Notes: a model not told the origin generated them from the letters alone. Positions 7,372-16,210 are shown, counted from the stretch's first letter. The stretch is DNA of 24,000 bases from Catenulispora pinisilvae (GCF_015356865.1 NZ_JAAFZA010000134.1:1-24000); one strand, 5' to 3'. Program-made: numbers and translations.

Positions 7372-10065
7372 GTGTCCAACCCGGCTCTCGAGCCAACTCC
7401 TGCCCCAGGCTCCACCCCCGAACCGAGCGGCCCCGTCCTCGGCCGCCGCGGACTGCTGCGAAACACCAGCTTGGCGGCGCTCGCCGTGGGCGGGGCGTTC
7501 GGCGGGGTCGTCGACGGCACGGCCCAGGCTATGGCAGCGACTCAGCCTGCTGCGACGGCGATGGCGGCGGCGAAGGCGGCGGCTGCGACGGCGGCTGCGC
7601 CCCGCACCGCACAGGCCCGCGCGGACATCTCGTTCACCCCGCTGCGGCCGCCGGCCACGCCGCTGGCCGTGCGCTCGCCGTATCTGAGTACCTGGCTGGC
7701 CGGGGACTCCCTGGTCGGGACCTGGTCGTCGTTCTGGAACGGCCACACAACGGCGCTGTGCGGGATCGCGCGTATCGACGGCACGGCCTACCTGTTCGCC
7801 GGCGCGCCGGCGTCCAGCGTGGTGCCGAACAGCATGACCCAGACCTCGGTGCAGCTGACGGCGACCCGCTCGATCTTCACCTTCACCGCCGCCGGGGTGA
7901 CGCTGACCGTGACCTTCTTCTCCCCGGTCGAGCCGACGGACTTGCAGCGGCAGAGCGTGCCGTTGTCCTACGTGACGGTGCGGGCAGCGAGCGCCGACGG
8001 CGGTTCGCACACCGTCGATGTGCACCTGGACGTGTCGGCGGAGTGGGCGCACGGCGATGTGACGCAGCAGGTCACCTGGGCCCAGCAGCAGACCGGCGCG
8101 GGCAGCGTCATCATGGGCTTCACGCCGAACACGCCGACGGTGTTCGGCGAGCACGGCGACCAGGCCTCGTGGGGCACCTCGGTGCTGGCGTCGTCGGCCG
8201 CCGGCGGCCTGACATGGCAGCTGGGCCAGGACATCGTGGTGCGCGGCGCCTCGGTGTCGCAGGGGACGCTGCCGGACACCGTGGACCAGAACCAGCCGCG
8301 GGCCATCAACGACAACTGGCCGGTGGCCGGGTTGAACCGGAATCTGGGGACGGTGACGTCGGCCAGTCCCTCGGCGGTGTTCGTGGCGGCGGTCGGGCAC
8401 GTCCGCACGCCGGCGCTCACGTATCTGGGTGCTGATCTGCCGCCGTGGTGGTCGACGTACTGGGGCAGCTGGGAGGCGATGGTCGACTGGTTCCTGGCCG
8501 ACTATCCCGCGGCGCTGGCCTCGGCCCAGTCGCTGGAAGCGCAGATCGAGTCCACCGCTTCGGCGGCCGTGGGCGGCGGGTCGGTCGGTGCCGACTACGC
8601 GGCGTTGTGCGCGCTGGCCGCGCGGCAGGTCATCGGCGGGACCGAGTTGGTCAGCAGGAACGGGTCGCCGTGGGCGTTCCTGAAGGAGATCTCCTCCGAC
8701 GGCAACGTCTCCACGGTCGACGTGATCTACCCGGCGTTCCCCGGGCTGCTGTTCCTGGATCCGTCCTACCTACAGCTTCTGCTGGAGCCGATCCTGGACT
8801 ACAGCGAGAGCGGGCAATGGCCGAAAACGTTTGCGGTGCACGACCTGGGCAGCAGCTATCCGAACGCCGCCGGGCACAACGACGGCAACGAGGAGGACAT
8901 GCCGGTCGAGGAATCGGCCAACATGCTGATCATGATCGCGGCGCTGCTGCAACGCATACCGGCGGCCTCGGCGACGGCGTTCGCGCAGCAGCACTACACG
9001 ATCCTGAAGCAGTGGGCTGATTATCTGGTCCTCAACGCGCTGGACCCGGCGAACCAGAACCAGACCGACGATTTCACCGGCCCGATCGCGCACTCGGCGA
9101 ACCTGGCGCTCAAGGGCCAGGTGGCGATCGGGGCGATGAGCGTCATCTCCTCGATCGCCGGGTCGGCGTACGCGGCGGATCAGGCCTCGTACTACTCCAC
9201 CGCGCGCAGCTACATCAGCCAGTGGGTGACCAAGGGCGAGGACCCGTCGGGGACGTACCTGGACCTGGCCTACGGCTCGCCGACCACCTGGTCGCTGAAG
9301 TACAACGGGTTCCCGGACAAGCTGCTCGGGCTGAACCTGGTGCCGACCGGGATCAAGACTCAGGAGGCCGGCTGGTACCAGTCCAACGCCGGCACCTACG
9401 GCGTGATCCTGGACCCGCGGCACAACTACACCAAGGCCGACTGGGAGATCTTCACCGCGGCGTTCCTGTCCGACCAGCCGGTCCGCGACACCCTGATCCA
9501 GGGGGTGTACGGGTTCGCGAACAGCACCGGCAACCGGGTGCCGTTCTCCGACTGGTACGACGTCACCTCGGCCGCGCAGCAGGGCTTCCAGAACCGGCCG
9601 GTGGTCGGCGCGATGTTCGCCCCGGCGCTGACCGTCACCGCCGACCGCACCCGGTGGTACAAGATCCAGAACCAGAACTCCGGCAAGGTGCTGGCGGTCT
9701 CGGGGATGTCACTGGCCGACGTCACGAACGTGACGCAGTGGACTGACAACGGGACCCCCGACCATCTGTGGGCCGTCGTGCCGAACCCGGACGGGACGGT
9801 GCGGATCGTGAACCGGAACAGCGGCAAGGTGCTCGCCGTGCACAACCAGGACACCTCGGCGGGGGCGTTCGTGCAGCAGTACATGGACAACGGGACGCCG
9901 GACCACCTGTGGCGGATCTCCGACGCCGGGAACGGCTGGTCGAAGATCTTCAATGTGCACAGCGGGTTGCTGATGGCGGTCAGCGGGGCCTCCACCGCCG
10001 ACGGCGCGCAGGTGACGCAGTGGAATGACAATGGGACCACGGATCACTTGTGGCGGTTGGTGTAG
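7372..10065 (+). CDS. Tat-signal secreted glutaminase GtaA-like (DUF5127/DUF4965/DUF1793 family, putative glycoside hydrolase) with C-terminal ricin-type beta-trefoil lectin domain
   Basis: The GTG start follows GAAGGGA. GRRGLLRNTSLAALAVGGA is a twin-arginine signal. FTPLRPPATPLAVRSPYLSTWL...ARIDGTAYLF matches the N-terminal signature of the fungal/bacterial glutaminase-A family. The C-terminal 140 aa or so carry three (Q/D)xW-type trefoil repeats: VTQWTDNGTPDHLW, VQQYMDNGTPDHLW and VTQWNDNGTTDHLW. Confidence 0.85.
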   Translation: MSNPALEPTPAPGSTPEPSGPVLGRRGLLRNTSLAALAVGGAFGGVVDGTAQAMAATQPAATAMAAAKAAAATAAAPRTAQARADISFTPLRPPATPLAVRSPYLSTWLAGDSLVGTWSSFWNGHTTALCGIARIDGTAYLFAGAPASSVVPNSMTQTSVQLTATRSIFTFTAAGVTLTVTFFSPVEPTDLQRQSVPLSYVTVRAASADGGSHTVDVHLDVSAEWAHGDVTQQVTWAQQQTGAGSVIMGFTPNTPTVFGEHGDQASWGTSVLASSAAGGLTWQLGQDIVVRGASVSQGTLPDTVDQNQPRAINDNWPVAGLNRNLGTVTSASPSAVFVAAVGHVRTPALTYLGADLPPWWSTYWGSWEAMVDWFLADYPAALASAQSLEAQIESTASAAVGGGSVGADYAALCALAARQVIGGTELVSRNGSPWAFLKEISSDGNVSTVDVIYPAFPGLLFLDPSYLQLLLEPILDYSESGQWPKTFAVHDLGSSYPNAAGHNDGNEEDMPVEESANMLIMIAALLQRIPAASATAFAQQHYTILKQWADYLVLNALDPANQNQTDDFTGPIAHSANLALKGQVAIGAMSVISSIAGSAYAADQASYYSTARSYISQWVTKGEDPSGTYLDLAYGSPTTWSLKYNGFPDKLLGLNLVPTGIKTQEAGWYQSNAGTYGVILDPRHNYTKADWEIFTAAFLSDQPVRDTLIQGVYGFANSTGNRVPFSDWYDVTSAAQQGFQNRPVVGAMFAPALTVTADRTRWYKIQNQNSGKVLAVSGMSLADVTNVTQWTDNGTPDHLWAVVPNPDGTVRIVNRNSGKVLAVHNQDTSAGAFVQQYMDNGTPDHLWRISDAGNGWSKIFNVHSGLLMAVSGASTADGAQVTQWNDNGTTDHLWRLV

Positions 10066-10070
10066 CCGCT

Positions 10071-10135
10071 GCTATACCGACTGGTATAGCCGCTCGCACC
10101 CGGGTCCCCTGTGGCGTTCGCGCCGCGGGGGACCC
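10071..10135 (+). terminator. Two consecutive stem-loops just after the stop codon (candidate terminator region)
   Basis: The first hairpin is GCTATACC-gact-GGTATAGC (10071-10090, 8-bp stem). The second is GGGTCCCC...GGGGACCC (10102-10135, 8-bp stem) enclosing GGCG-ttcg-CGCC. There is no U-tract. Confidence 0.4.
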
Positions 10136-10145
10136 GCTGTCGTGT

Positions 10146-10192
10146 GGGTGGCATGCGTGGGTGGCATGCGCGGGTGGCATGAGCCTCATGCC
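10146..10192. promoter_or_regulatory. 13-nt tandem repeat x3 (GGGTGGCATGmGn) ending in a palindrome; candidate operator upstream of the LLM oxidoreductase
   Basis: GGGTGGCATG occurs at 10146, 10159 and 10172 with exact 13-nt phasing. The last unit forms GGCATGAG-c-CTCATGCC with the following sequence. The site lies 46-55 nt upstream of the 10238/10247 start codons. Confidence 0.35.
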
Positions 10193-10237
10193 GAACGCTC
10201 GCTTGTCGCCGTTCCGGCGGACTCATAGCGTCGGACT

Positions 10238-11113
10238 GTGATCGATATGACACCTGTGGTGGGGGTTTTCGGAATCGGGATGGGGCCGTGCGCGACGGCC
10301 TCTGGCCTGCGGAACGTCGGGAAGCTGGCCGAGGAACTGGGCTATGAGTCAGTCTGGGCGCCGGAGCACACGGTGCTGCCGAGCCCGCGGCGCTCGCCCT
10401 CGCCGCTGGATCCGGACCATCCGATCCTCGACCCGCTGATCGCGCTGGCGCTGGTGGCGGGGGTGACGCGCCGGGTGCGGCTGGGGACCGGGGTGCTGAT
10501 CCTGCCGCAGCACAATCCGGTGCGGCTGGCCAAGGCGGTGGCCTCGCTCGACGTGGTCAGCGACGGCCGGGCCGTCCTCGGCCTCGGCGTGGGGTATTTG
10601 GAGCCTGAGATGGAGGCGATGGGCGTCTCGCCGCGCGGCCGGGGCGCCCGGTCGGATGAGTTCATCGAGGCGATGCAGGCGCTGTGGTACGACAAGGCGC
10701 CGGCGATGGACGGACGGCACGTCTCGTTCTCGCAGGTCGACGCCTACCCGCGACCGGTTCAGCCGCGCGTGCCGCTGGTGGTCGGCGGCCACACGGAGGC
10801 GGCGTTCCGGCGGACCGTGCGGTACGGCTCCGGGTGGTACGGCTTCGCGCTGGATCGGGCAGCCGTCAAGACATATATCAGCGTGCTGCGGACGGCCGCC
10901 GAGGCCGCGGGCCGCGATCTCAGTGAGCTGACGATCACCGTCACGCCGAACGAGACCCTGACGCCGGAGGTGGTCGCCGACTACGCCCAGCTGGGGGTCC
11001 ACCGGCTCGCGGTCATGCAGCCCGGCTCCCGGGACCGGGTGCTGGGCTGGGGCGAGTTCGAGGAATTCGTGCGGGCGAACGCCCCACGGGAAATCGGGGC
11101 GACTTCGGCATAG
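10238..11113 (+). CDS. LLM-class (luciferase-like) F420-dependent oxidoreductase
   Basis: The 291-aa product contains GKLAEELGYESVWAPEHTVLP, GTGVLILPQHNPVRLAKAVASLD and LGLGVGYLEPEMEAMGV, typical of the TIGR03619-like LLM family. The start is the GTG at 10238 or the ATG at 10247. Confidence 0.85.
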   Translation: MIDMTPVVGVFGIGMGPCATASGLRNVGKLAEELGYESVWAPEHTVLPSPRRSPSPLDPDHPILDPLIALALVAGVTRRVRLGTGVLILPQHNPVRLAKAVASLDVVSDGRAVLGLGVGYLEPEMEAMGVSPRGRGARSDEFIEAMQALWYDKAPAMDGRHVSFSQVDAYPRPVQPRVPLVVGGHTEAAFRRTVRYGSGWYGFALDRAAVKTYISVLRTAAEAAGRDLSELTITVTPNETLTPEVVADYAQLGVHRLAVMQPGSRDRVLGWGEFEEFVRANAPREIGATSA

Positions 11114-11178
11114 ATGGAACCGGGCCCGGACTCGCTCCGTCCAAATCAATGACGGTACAAGCGAGAAAGGTGACCGGA

Positions 11179-11655
11179 ATGAAGAGAACTCGAGTAGTCA
11201 TCATCGGCGGCGGTGCCGCTGTCGTCGTCCTGGCCGCCGGCAGCGCTGTCGCGGCCACCCAGTTGGGCGGCCACAACGCCCAGACGGCGCTGCCCAAGGC
11301 GAGTTGCGGATCGGCCATCACGCGCGCGGTCACCTCCGACACGTCGGTCACCGCCGCCGATCCCGGTGCGCTGACCTGCTTCCAGACGGCGGCGCGCACA
11401 TGTTCGCCGGCGGCCGTGCAGGTCGACCAGCGGGGTGTGGACGCCGGGCGGACCTACGTCTTCCAGATCAAGTCCGGCGGGGCGACGTGCCAGGTGGACG
11501 AGCTGAGCCAGAGCTCCATGGAACCCGGCAAGGCGGGCCAGGTGCAGTCCGTGACTTGTGACCGGAGTGGCGTCACCACCGAGGGCGTCATGCTGACCTG
11601 CGGCGGACGGAACGTGCTGATCCCGTCGACCACCGGGCCGGTGCACCCGTTGTGA
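11179..11655 (+). CDS. Hypothetical secreted/membrane-anchored Cys-rich protein
   Basis: The ATG at 11179 follows GAGAAAGG. MKRTRVVIIGGGAAVVVLAAGSAVAA is a signal/anchor sequence. The product has 7 Cys and high third-position GC. I recognise no family. Confidence 0.55.
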   Translation: MKRTRVVIIGGGAAVVVLAAGSAVAATQLGGHNAQTALPKASCGSAITRAVTSDTSVTAADPGALTCFQTAARTCSPAAVQVDQRGVDAGRTYVFQIKSGGATCQVDELSQSSMEPGKAGQVQSVTCDRSGVTTEGVMLTCGGRNVLIPSTTGPVHPL

Positions 11656-11741
11656 CGCCCTGCCGGGCTGAGCAATAGCGCCATAAACGAAACTGGGCGT
11701 ATCGTTTCCATGAAGAGAACTTCCAGCAAGACGGAGGACCC

Positions 11742-12698
11742 ATGGGAACCACACAGCTGCCCACCGTCCCGCTCGGCGGCACCGGACTGGCCATCACCCG
11801 CGTCGGCTTCGGCGCGTGGGCGATCGGCGGCGGTGACTGGGAGTTCGGCTGGGGACCGCAGCAGGACCACGCTTCGATCGGGGCGATCCACCGGGCGTTG
11901 GAACTCGGCGTGAACTGGATCGACACCGCCGCCGCGTACGGCTTCGGGCACTCCGAGACGGTGGTCGGGCGCGCGTTGCAGGGCCTGCACGAGCGTCCGT
12001 TCGTCTTCACCAAGAACTCCCTGCTGGACGACGGCACCGGCCACGTCCGGCACAGCCTCAAGCACGACTCGATCCTGCGCGAAGCCGAGGCCAGCCTGAA
12101 GCGGCTCGGCGGCGAGGCCATCGACCTGTACCAGATCCACTGGCCGAACCCCGAGCCCGACATCGAAGAGGGCTGGGCCGCGATGGTCGAGTTGAAGGAG
12201 CAGGGTCTGGTCCGGCACATCGGGGTCTCGAACTTCACTTTGGAGCAGATCCGGCGGTTGCAGGCGATCGCGCCGGTGGAGACGCTCCAGCCGCCGTACT
12301 CGCTGCTCGAACGCGAGGTCGAGGCAGAGATCCTGCCGGCGGCGAAGCAGGACGGGATCGGCGTCATCGTCTACTCCCCCATGGGTTCGGGGCTGCTGAC
12401 CGGCGCCATGACCCGGGAGCGGATCGAGGCGATGCCGGACAACGACTGGCGCAAGAGCGACGACTGGTTCACCGAGCCGCAGCTGACCCGGAACCTCGCA
12501 CTGGCCGAGCGGTTGCGCGCGGTCGGGGAGCGGCATGGCATGTCGGCCGGGGCGGTCGCGGTGGCGTGGACCCTGCGCAACCCCGCGGTCAGCGGCGCGA
12601 TCGCCGGCTTCCGGCGGGCTGACCAGGTCGACCCGATCATCGACGCGGTCCATCTGGAGCTGACCGAGGCGGACCTGGCCGAGATCGCCGCCGACTAG
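11742..12698 (+). CDS. Aldo/keto reductase
   Basis: GGAGGA precedes the ATG. ITRVGFGAWAIGG, WIDTAAAYGFGHSETVVGRAL, IDLYQIHWPNP, RHIGVSNF and LQPPYSLLERE are canonical AKR blocks. Confidence 0.9.
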   Translation: MGTTQLPTVPLGGTGLAITRVGFGAWAIGGGDWEFGWGPQQDHASIGAIHRALELGVNWIDTAAAYGFGHSETVVGRALQGLHERPFVFTKNSLLDDGTGHVRHSLKHDSILREAEASLKRLGGEAIDLYQIHWPNPEPDIEEGWAAMVELKEQGLVRHIGVSNFTLEQIRRLQAIAPVETLQPPYSLLEREVEAEILPAAKQDGIGVIVYSPMGSGLLTGAMTRERIEAMPDNDWRKSDDWFTEPQLTRNLALAERLRAVGERHGMSAGAVAVAWTLRNPAVSGAIAGFRRADQVDPIIDAVHLELTEADLAEIAAD

Positions 12699-12700
12699 GC

Positions 12701-13423
12701 GTGGACGCTATGGGTGAACTGGCCGCCGAGACGGCCACTGCCCCGGCCGACACTCCAGCCGTTGTTCCGGCCGACGCCCCAGCCACCGTTCGGGCCATCG
12801 TTCCGGCCGACACTCCAGCCGACGCCCCGCAGCGGGGCCGGCCGCGCAGCCACCGGGCGCACCAGGCGATCCTGGCCGCCGCCTCAGAGCTGCTGCTGAA
12901 CCGCGGCCTGTCGGCGGTGAGCATGGACACGGTCGCCGAACGGGCCGGCGTCAGTAAGGCCACCATCTACCGGTGGTGGCCGACCAAGGAGAGTCTGGCG
13001 CTGGACGCGCTGTTCAGCGAGTGGAACGCGGTGCAGCCCGCGGTCCGGGACACCGGTTCGCTGCGCGGCGATCTGGTGTCGTTGATCCGGCCGTGGGCCC
13101 GGCTGGTCAGCTCGCGGCCATACGGCGCGGTCATCGCGCAGCTGATCGCGGCGGCCCAGGCCGATCCGGCGTTCGCCACCGAATACCGGCGGCGGTTCGT
13201 CGAGCCGCGTCGGGAGTCGGCGCGGGCGGCGTTGCAACGCGCCGCAGAGCGTGGCGAGATCCCCGCCGACACCCGGATCGAGGTAGCGCTCGATCTGATC
13301 TACGGGCCGATCTACCACCGGCTGTTGCACGGGCACGGGACGGTGAACGACCGGTTCGTGAAGGAGGCGATCGACATGGCGCTGAACGGGATCCGCGGCC
13401 GGAGCGGGGCAGCTCCCGCCTGA
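12701..13423 (+). CDS. TetR/AcrR family transcriptional regulator with a repetitive Pro/Ala/Asp N-terminal extension
   Basis: RGRPRSHRAHQAILAAASELLLNRGLSAVSMDTVAERAGVSKATIYRWWPTKESLALDAL is a TetR HTH. The only in-frame starts are the GTG at 12701 and the ATG at 12710, so the extension of about 40 aa appears to be translated. Confidence 0.85.
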   Translation: MDAMGELAAETATAPADTPAVVPADAPATVRAIVPADTPADAPQRGRPRSHRAHQAILAAASELLLNRGLSAVSMDTVAERAGVSKATIYRWWPTKESLALDALFSEWNAVQPAVRDTGSLRGDLVSLIRPWARLVSSRPYGAVIAQLIAAAQADPAFATEYRRRFVEPRRESARAALQRAAERGEIPADTRIEVALDLIYGPIYHRLLHGHGTVNDRFVKEAIDMALNGIRGRSGAAPA

Positions 13424-13496
13424 CCAAAGCGGCCGTTCGATCCGTATGCTCTAGAGGGGAACGCCCACACGTCCTCCACACGCCGGGAGCCGCAGA

Positions 13497-13940
13497 ATGT
13501 TCGAACTGGGTACGGACGGGCCGCTCGTGATCATGGCCGGCATCGACGGTACCGAGAGCTCCGTCCGCGCCGCCGCCTACGCCGCCGGCCTGGCCCGGCG
13601 CCAGGGTTCCAAGCTGGCGCTCGTCTACATCCAGCCCTATCCGGCCAGCGTCTCCCCCTCGGCCGCCTCCGAGATGATCGCCGCCGGCCGCACCACCGCC
13701 GAGGACCTGCGCCAGCAGATGGAAGACGCGGCCGCGCGGCTGCCGGAGGGCCACCGCGCCCGCTGGGAGTTCTACACCGGCGAGGGCGACCCGTTCCACT
13801 CGCTGTGCGAGTTCGCCACCAAGCTGCGGGCGGACGCGGTGGTGATCGGGGCCTCGCAGAAGGCCGGGCACCGCATCGTCGGCTCGGTGGCGATCCGCTT
13901 GGTGAAGGCGGGCAAGTGGCCGGTGACGGTGGTTCCGTAA
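13497..13940 (+). CDS. Universal stress protein (UspA family)
   Basis: GGGAG precedes the ATG. VIMAGIDGTESSVRAAAYAA...ADAVVIGASQKAGHRIVGSVAIRLVKAGKWPVTVVP carries the USP C-terminal G-x2-G-x9-G-S-V motif. Confidence 0.85.
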   Translation: MFELGTDGPLVIMAGIDGTESSVRAAAYAAGLARRQGSKLALVYIQPYPASVSPSAASEMIAAGRTTAEDLRQQMEDAAARLPEGHRARWEFYTGEGDPFHSLCEFATKLRADAVVIGASQKAGHRIVGSVAIRLVKAGKWPVTVVP

Positions 13941-14007
13941 CCGGACCGGTTGGGCTGACCGGCCTACCAACCAGACCGGGCACCCTCGCCCCACGTAAAC
14001 TGGCCCG

Positions 14008-14457
14008 ATGAACAGCGAACCGCCTCCGCCCGAGGGCACCGCCCTCGGACTGATGCGGGCCATGACGCGCCTGCGGGCCCGCCTGCGCTTCGAGGCCCCG
14101 ATCGGCGACCTCCCGGTGACCTGGTCGCACCTGACCGTCCTGCACCGCATCGTGGAGCAGGGCCAGGCCACCGCGACGGAACTGGCGCACGCCGAGCACG
14201 TCCGCCGCCAGTCGATGGCCGAGACCCTGACCGGCCTGCGCACCGCCGGCCTCATCACCGACGGCCGGGACCCCAGCGACGGCCGCAAGGTACTGGTCAG
14301 CGCCACCGAAGCCGGCCGCGCGGTGGTGGAGCGCAGCGAAGCGACCCGCGAGGCGTGGCTGTCGAAGGCGATCTCGGGGACGCTGACGGCCGAGGAACGC
14401 AGGGTGCTGGATCGGGCGGCGGCAATCATGGACCGGCTGGCGGACGCTGAGGCTTAG
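14008..14457 (+). CDS. MarR family transcriptional regulator
   Basis: The winged-HTH core of the 149-aa product is TWSHLTVLHRIVEQGQATATELAHAEHVRRQSMAETLTGLRTAGLITDGRDPSDGRKVLVSATEAGRAV. Confidence 0.85.
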   Translation: MNSEPPPPEGTALGLMRAMTRLRARLRFEAPIGDLPVTWSHLTVLHRIVEQGQATATELAHAEHVRRQSMAETLTGLRTAGLITDGRDPSDGRKVLVSATEAGRAVVERSEATREAWLSKAISGTLTAEERRVLDRAAAIMDRLADAEA

Positions 14458-14716
14458 GCGGGACTTAGGCGGCACGTCAAGACCTTCGAGCAAATCCCTG
14501 CGGTGCACCGGATTCAGGCGGAAGCGCTGTCCGGTTTCGACGACGTTCCGGCTTACCCGCTCCACATCCTCGACGACGGCGCCGGGCGCGGCGACCACCG
14601 CTTCGGCGAGCCTGCGTATGGTCGATCGGGCGATCCGCCACTTCGCGCCCGGCGACGTCGACCACTGGCTCAGCACTGCCGAGCAGCGGATCGGCTAGGG
14701 CGCCGGCCAGGCGGGC

Positions 14717-16144
14717 TCACGGCTCCTGCGAGCGATCGGAGCGCGCCAGTTGCCGGTCCAGCGCCGTCATCGCCAGGACGATCGCGGCGATCAGGACCAG
14801 GATCCACGCGATGTGGTGCAGGCCCGGGTCGGCGACGTGGGTGTGGAAGGCGACGCCGGTGATGGCCGCGGAGGCGATGGAGCCCAGGTAGCCGAAGGTG
14901 CGTAGCAGGCCGGAGGCGGTGCCCACGGTTGCTGCGGGAGCTTCGCGGTACAGGACGGTCTGGTTGGCGACCGTGCCGGCGCCGGAGGTGAGGCCGAACA
15001 CCGCGCTCACGGCCAGCACCACGGGCATCGGGGTGGACGTCCCGATGAAGAGCATTGCGACGGCGCCGACGACGAGCAGGACCGCGCTGGCGAGCAGCGG
15101 GACGCGGACCTTGGAGCGGCGGGCGATGACGCGGGCCGTGATCGCGCTGAGGGCACCCATCGGCAGGAGCGCCAGGCCCGATTGGTAGGCGGACAGGCCG
15201 CGTGCGGCTTCGAGCCACTGGGTGAGTCCGTAGAGGATCACATAGGTGCCCAGGAGTGTCAGGCCATTGCGTATGTAGGTGCGAGTCAGGGCTTTGTTGG
15301 ACGCCAGTAGGCGGACGTCGAGGAACGGCTGCGCGACACGGAGTTCCCAGGCGACCAGGGCCACGGCCAGGACGACGGATATCGCAAGGGCCGGCCAACC
15401 CAGGCGTGGCAGGGTATTGAGGAACACGACGAGCGCGGTGAGCGACCCGCCGAACCCGAGCATGCCCACCAGGTCGATGCGGGCGGCCAGCGCGCGGAGC
15501 GAGCCGATGCGCGCCCGGGCGGGGTCGGACGGGATGCCGACGAGCGTCAGCACGAGCGCGACGGCCGCGAAGGGGATGTTGATCCAGAACGCGGTGCGCC
15601 AGCCGAACCAGCCGACCAACAACCCGCCGATCGCCGGACCGACCGCAACGGTCGCGGCACCGGCGACAGCCAGGCCGCCCAACACCCCCAGCGGCGGCGA
15701 CTGGAGCCCCGCTTCATGCGCACGGCGCCGGATCAGCAACATCGCGGACGGGTAACCAGCCGACGTACCGGCGCCGATCAGGACCCGGGCGACGATCAGT
15801 CCCGCCAGCGAGGTGGCCAGCAGGCCAACGACGCCCGCGACCAGGACCAGCGCGATGCCGCCGAGGAACACGCGGCGCGGACCGAACTCCTCGGCGAGCC
15901 GACCGGCCGCAGGCTGAGCCAGCGCGCTGGTGAGATAGAGGCTGGAGATCAGGATCGCGGTCGAGCCGACACCGATGTGCAGCGCGGCGGCCAGAGCGAC
16001 CAGGGCGGTCGCGATGATCGAGCTGTTGACGGGGTTGAGCGCGGAGCCGAGGTACAGCGGCGCGACGAAGCGCGGGGCGTATGGGTCGCGCGGGACGCCT
16101 GGTGCGGCGTCCTGGCTCGGACGGAGGTCGTCAGTGACGGACAT
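14717..16144 (-). CDS. MFS transporter, DHA2/EmrB-like drug:H+ antiporter type
   Basis: The 475-aa product has many hydrophobic spans. LNPVNSSIIATALVALAAAL..., LAQPAAGRLAEEFGPRRVFLGG (MFS motif A-like) and its length fit a 14-TMS DHA2 transporter. GAGGAG precedes the ATG at 16144. Confidence 0.9.
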   Translation of the reverse strand: MSVTDDLRPSQDAAPGVPRDPYAPRFVAPLYLGSALNPVNSSIIATALVALAAALHIGVGSTAILISSLYLTSALAQPAAGRLAEEFGPRRVFLGGIALVLVAGVVGLLATSLAGLIVARVLIGAGTSAGYPSAMLLIRRRAHEAGLQSPPLGVLGGLAVAGAATVAVGPAIGGLLVGWFGWRTAFWINIPFAAVALVLTLVGIPSDPARARIGSLRALAARIDLVGMLGFGGSLTALVVFLNTLPRLGWPALAISVVLAVALVAWELRVAQPFLDVRLLASNKALTRTYIRNGLTLLGTYVILYGLTQWLEAARGLSAYQSGLALLPMGALSAITARVIARRSKVRVPLLASAVLLVVGAVAMLFIGTSTPMPVVLAVSAVFGLTSGAGTVANQTVLYREAPAATVGTASGLLRTFGYLGSIASAAITGVAFHTHVADPGLHHIAWILVLIAAIVLAMTALDRQLARSDRSQEP

Positions 16145-16166
16145 GGTTACTCCTCACTGCGGGACA

Positions 16167-16210
16167 GATGCGCAGGCTACCTGTCAATAATAGCAGGGAG
16201 CCTGCGCATC
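16167..16210 (-). promoter_or_regulatory. 44-bp near-perfect palindrome in the MFS gene upstream region (candidate operator overlapping promoter elements)
   Basis: GATGCGCAGGCT-N20-AGCCTGCGCATC has perfect 12-bp arms, and the inner CCTG.../...CAGG pairs extend the symmetry. The AT-rich centre reads TATTATTGACA on the minus strand, which contains -10-like and -35-like hexamers. The site lies 23-66 nt upstream of the MFS start. Confidence 0.45.

Noticed and set aside
7126-8400. 424-aa minus-strand ORF, plus 8770..9423 -, 9426..10040 - and several + off-frame ORFs inside 7372..10065
   Set aside because: They are antisense or off-frame to a well-supported GtaA-like/ricin gene and have Arg/Pro/Gly-rich high-GC shadow composition.
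11454-12653. 399-aa and 259-aa minus-strand ORFs overlapping the aldo/keto reductase
   Set aside because: The + strand frame carries all canonical AKR blocks, and the minus-strand translations are low-complexity.
14458-14716. Possible small minus-strand gene or gene remnant between MarR and the MFS pump (start of track ORF 13531..14676, and 14477..14665)
   Set aside because: Two overlapping frames both show coding-like third-position GC (LLGSAEPVVDVAGREVADRPIDHTQ and LAEAVVAAPGAVVEDVERVSRNVVETGQRFRLNPVHRRDLLEGL), which might mean a frameshifted relic. I recognise no family, and there is no clean start or stop. The long ORF simply continues as antisense of MarR and USP. This is not enough to call.
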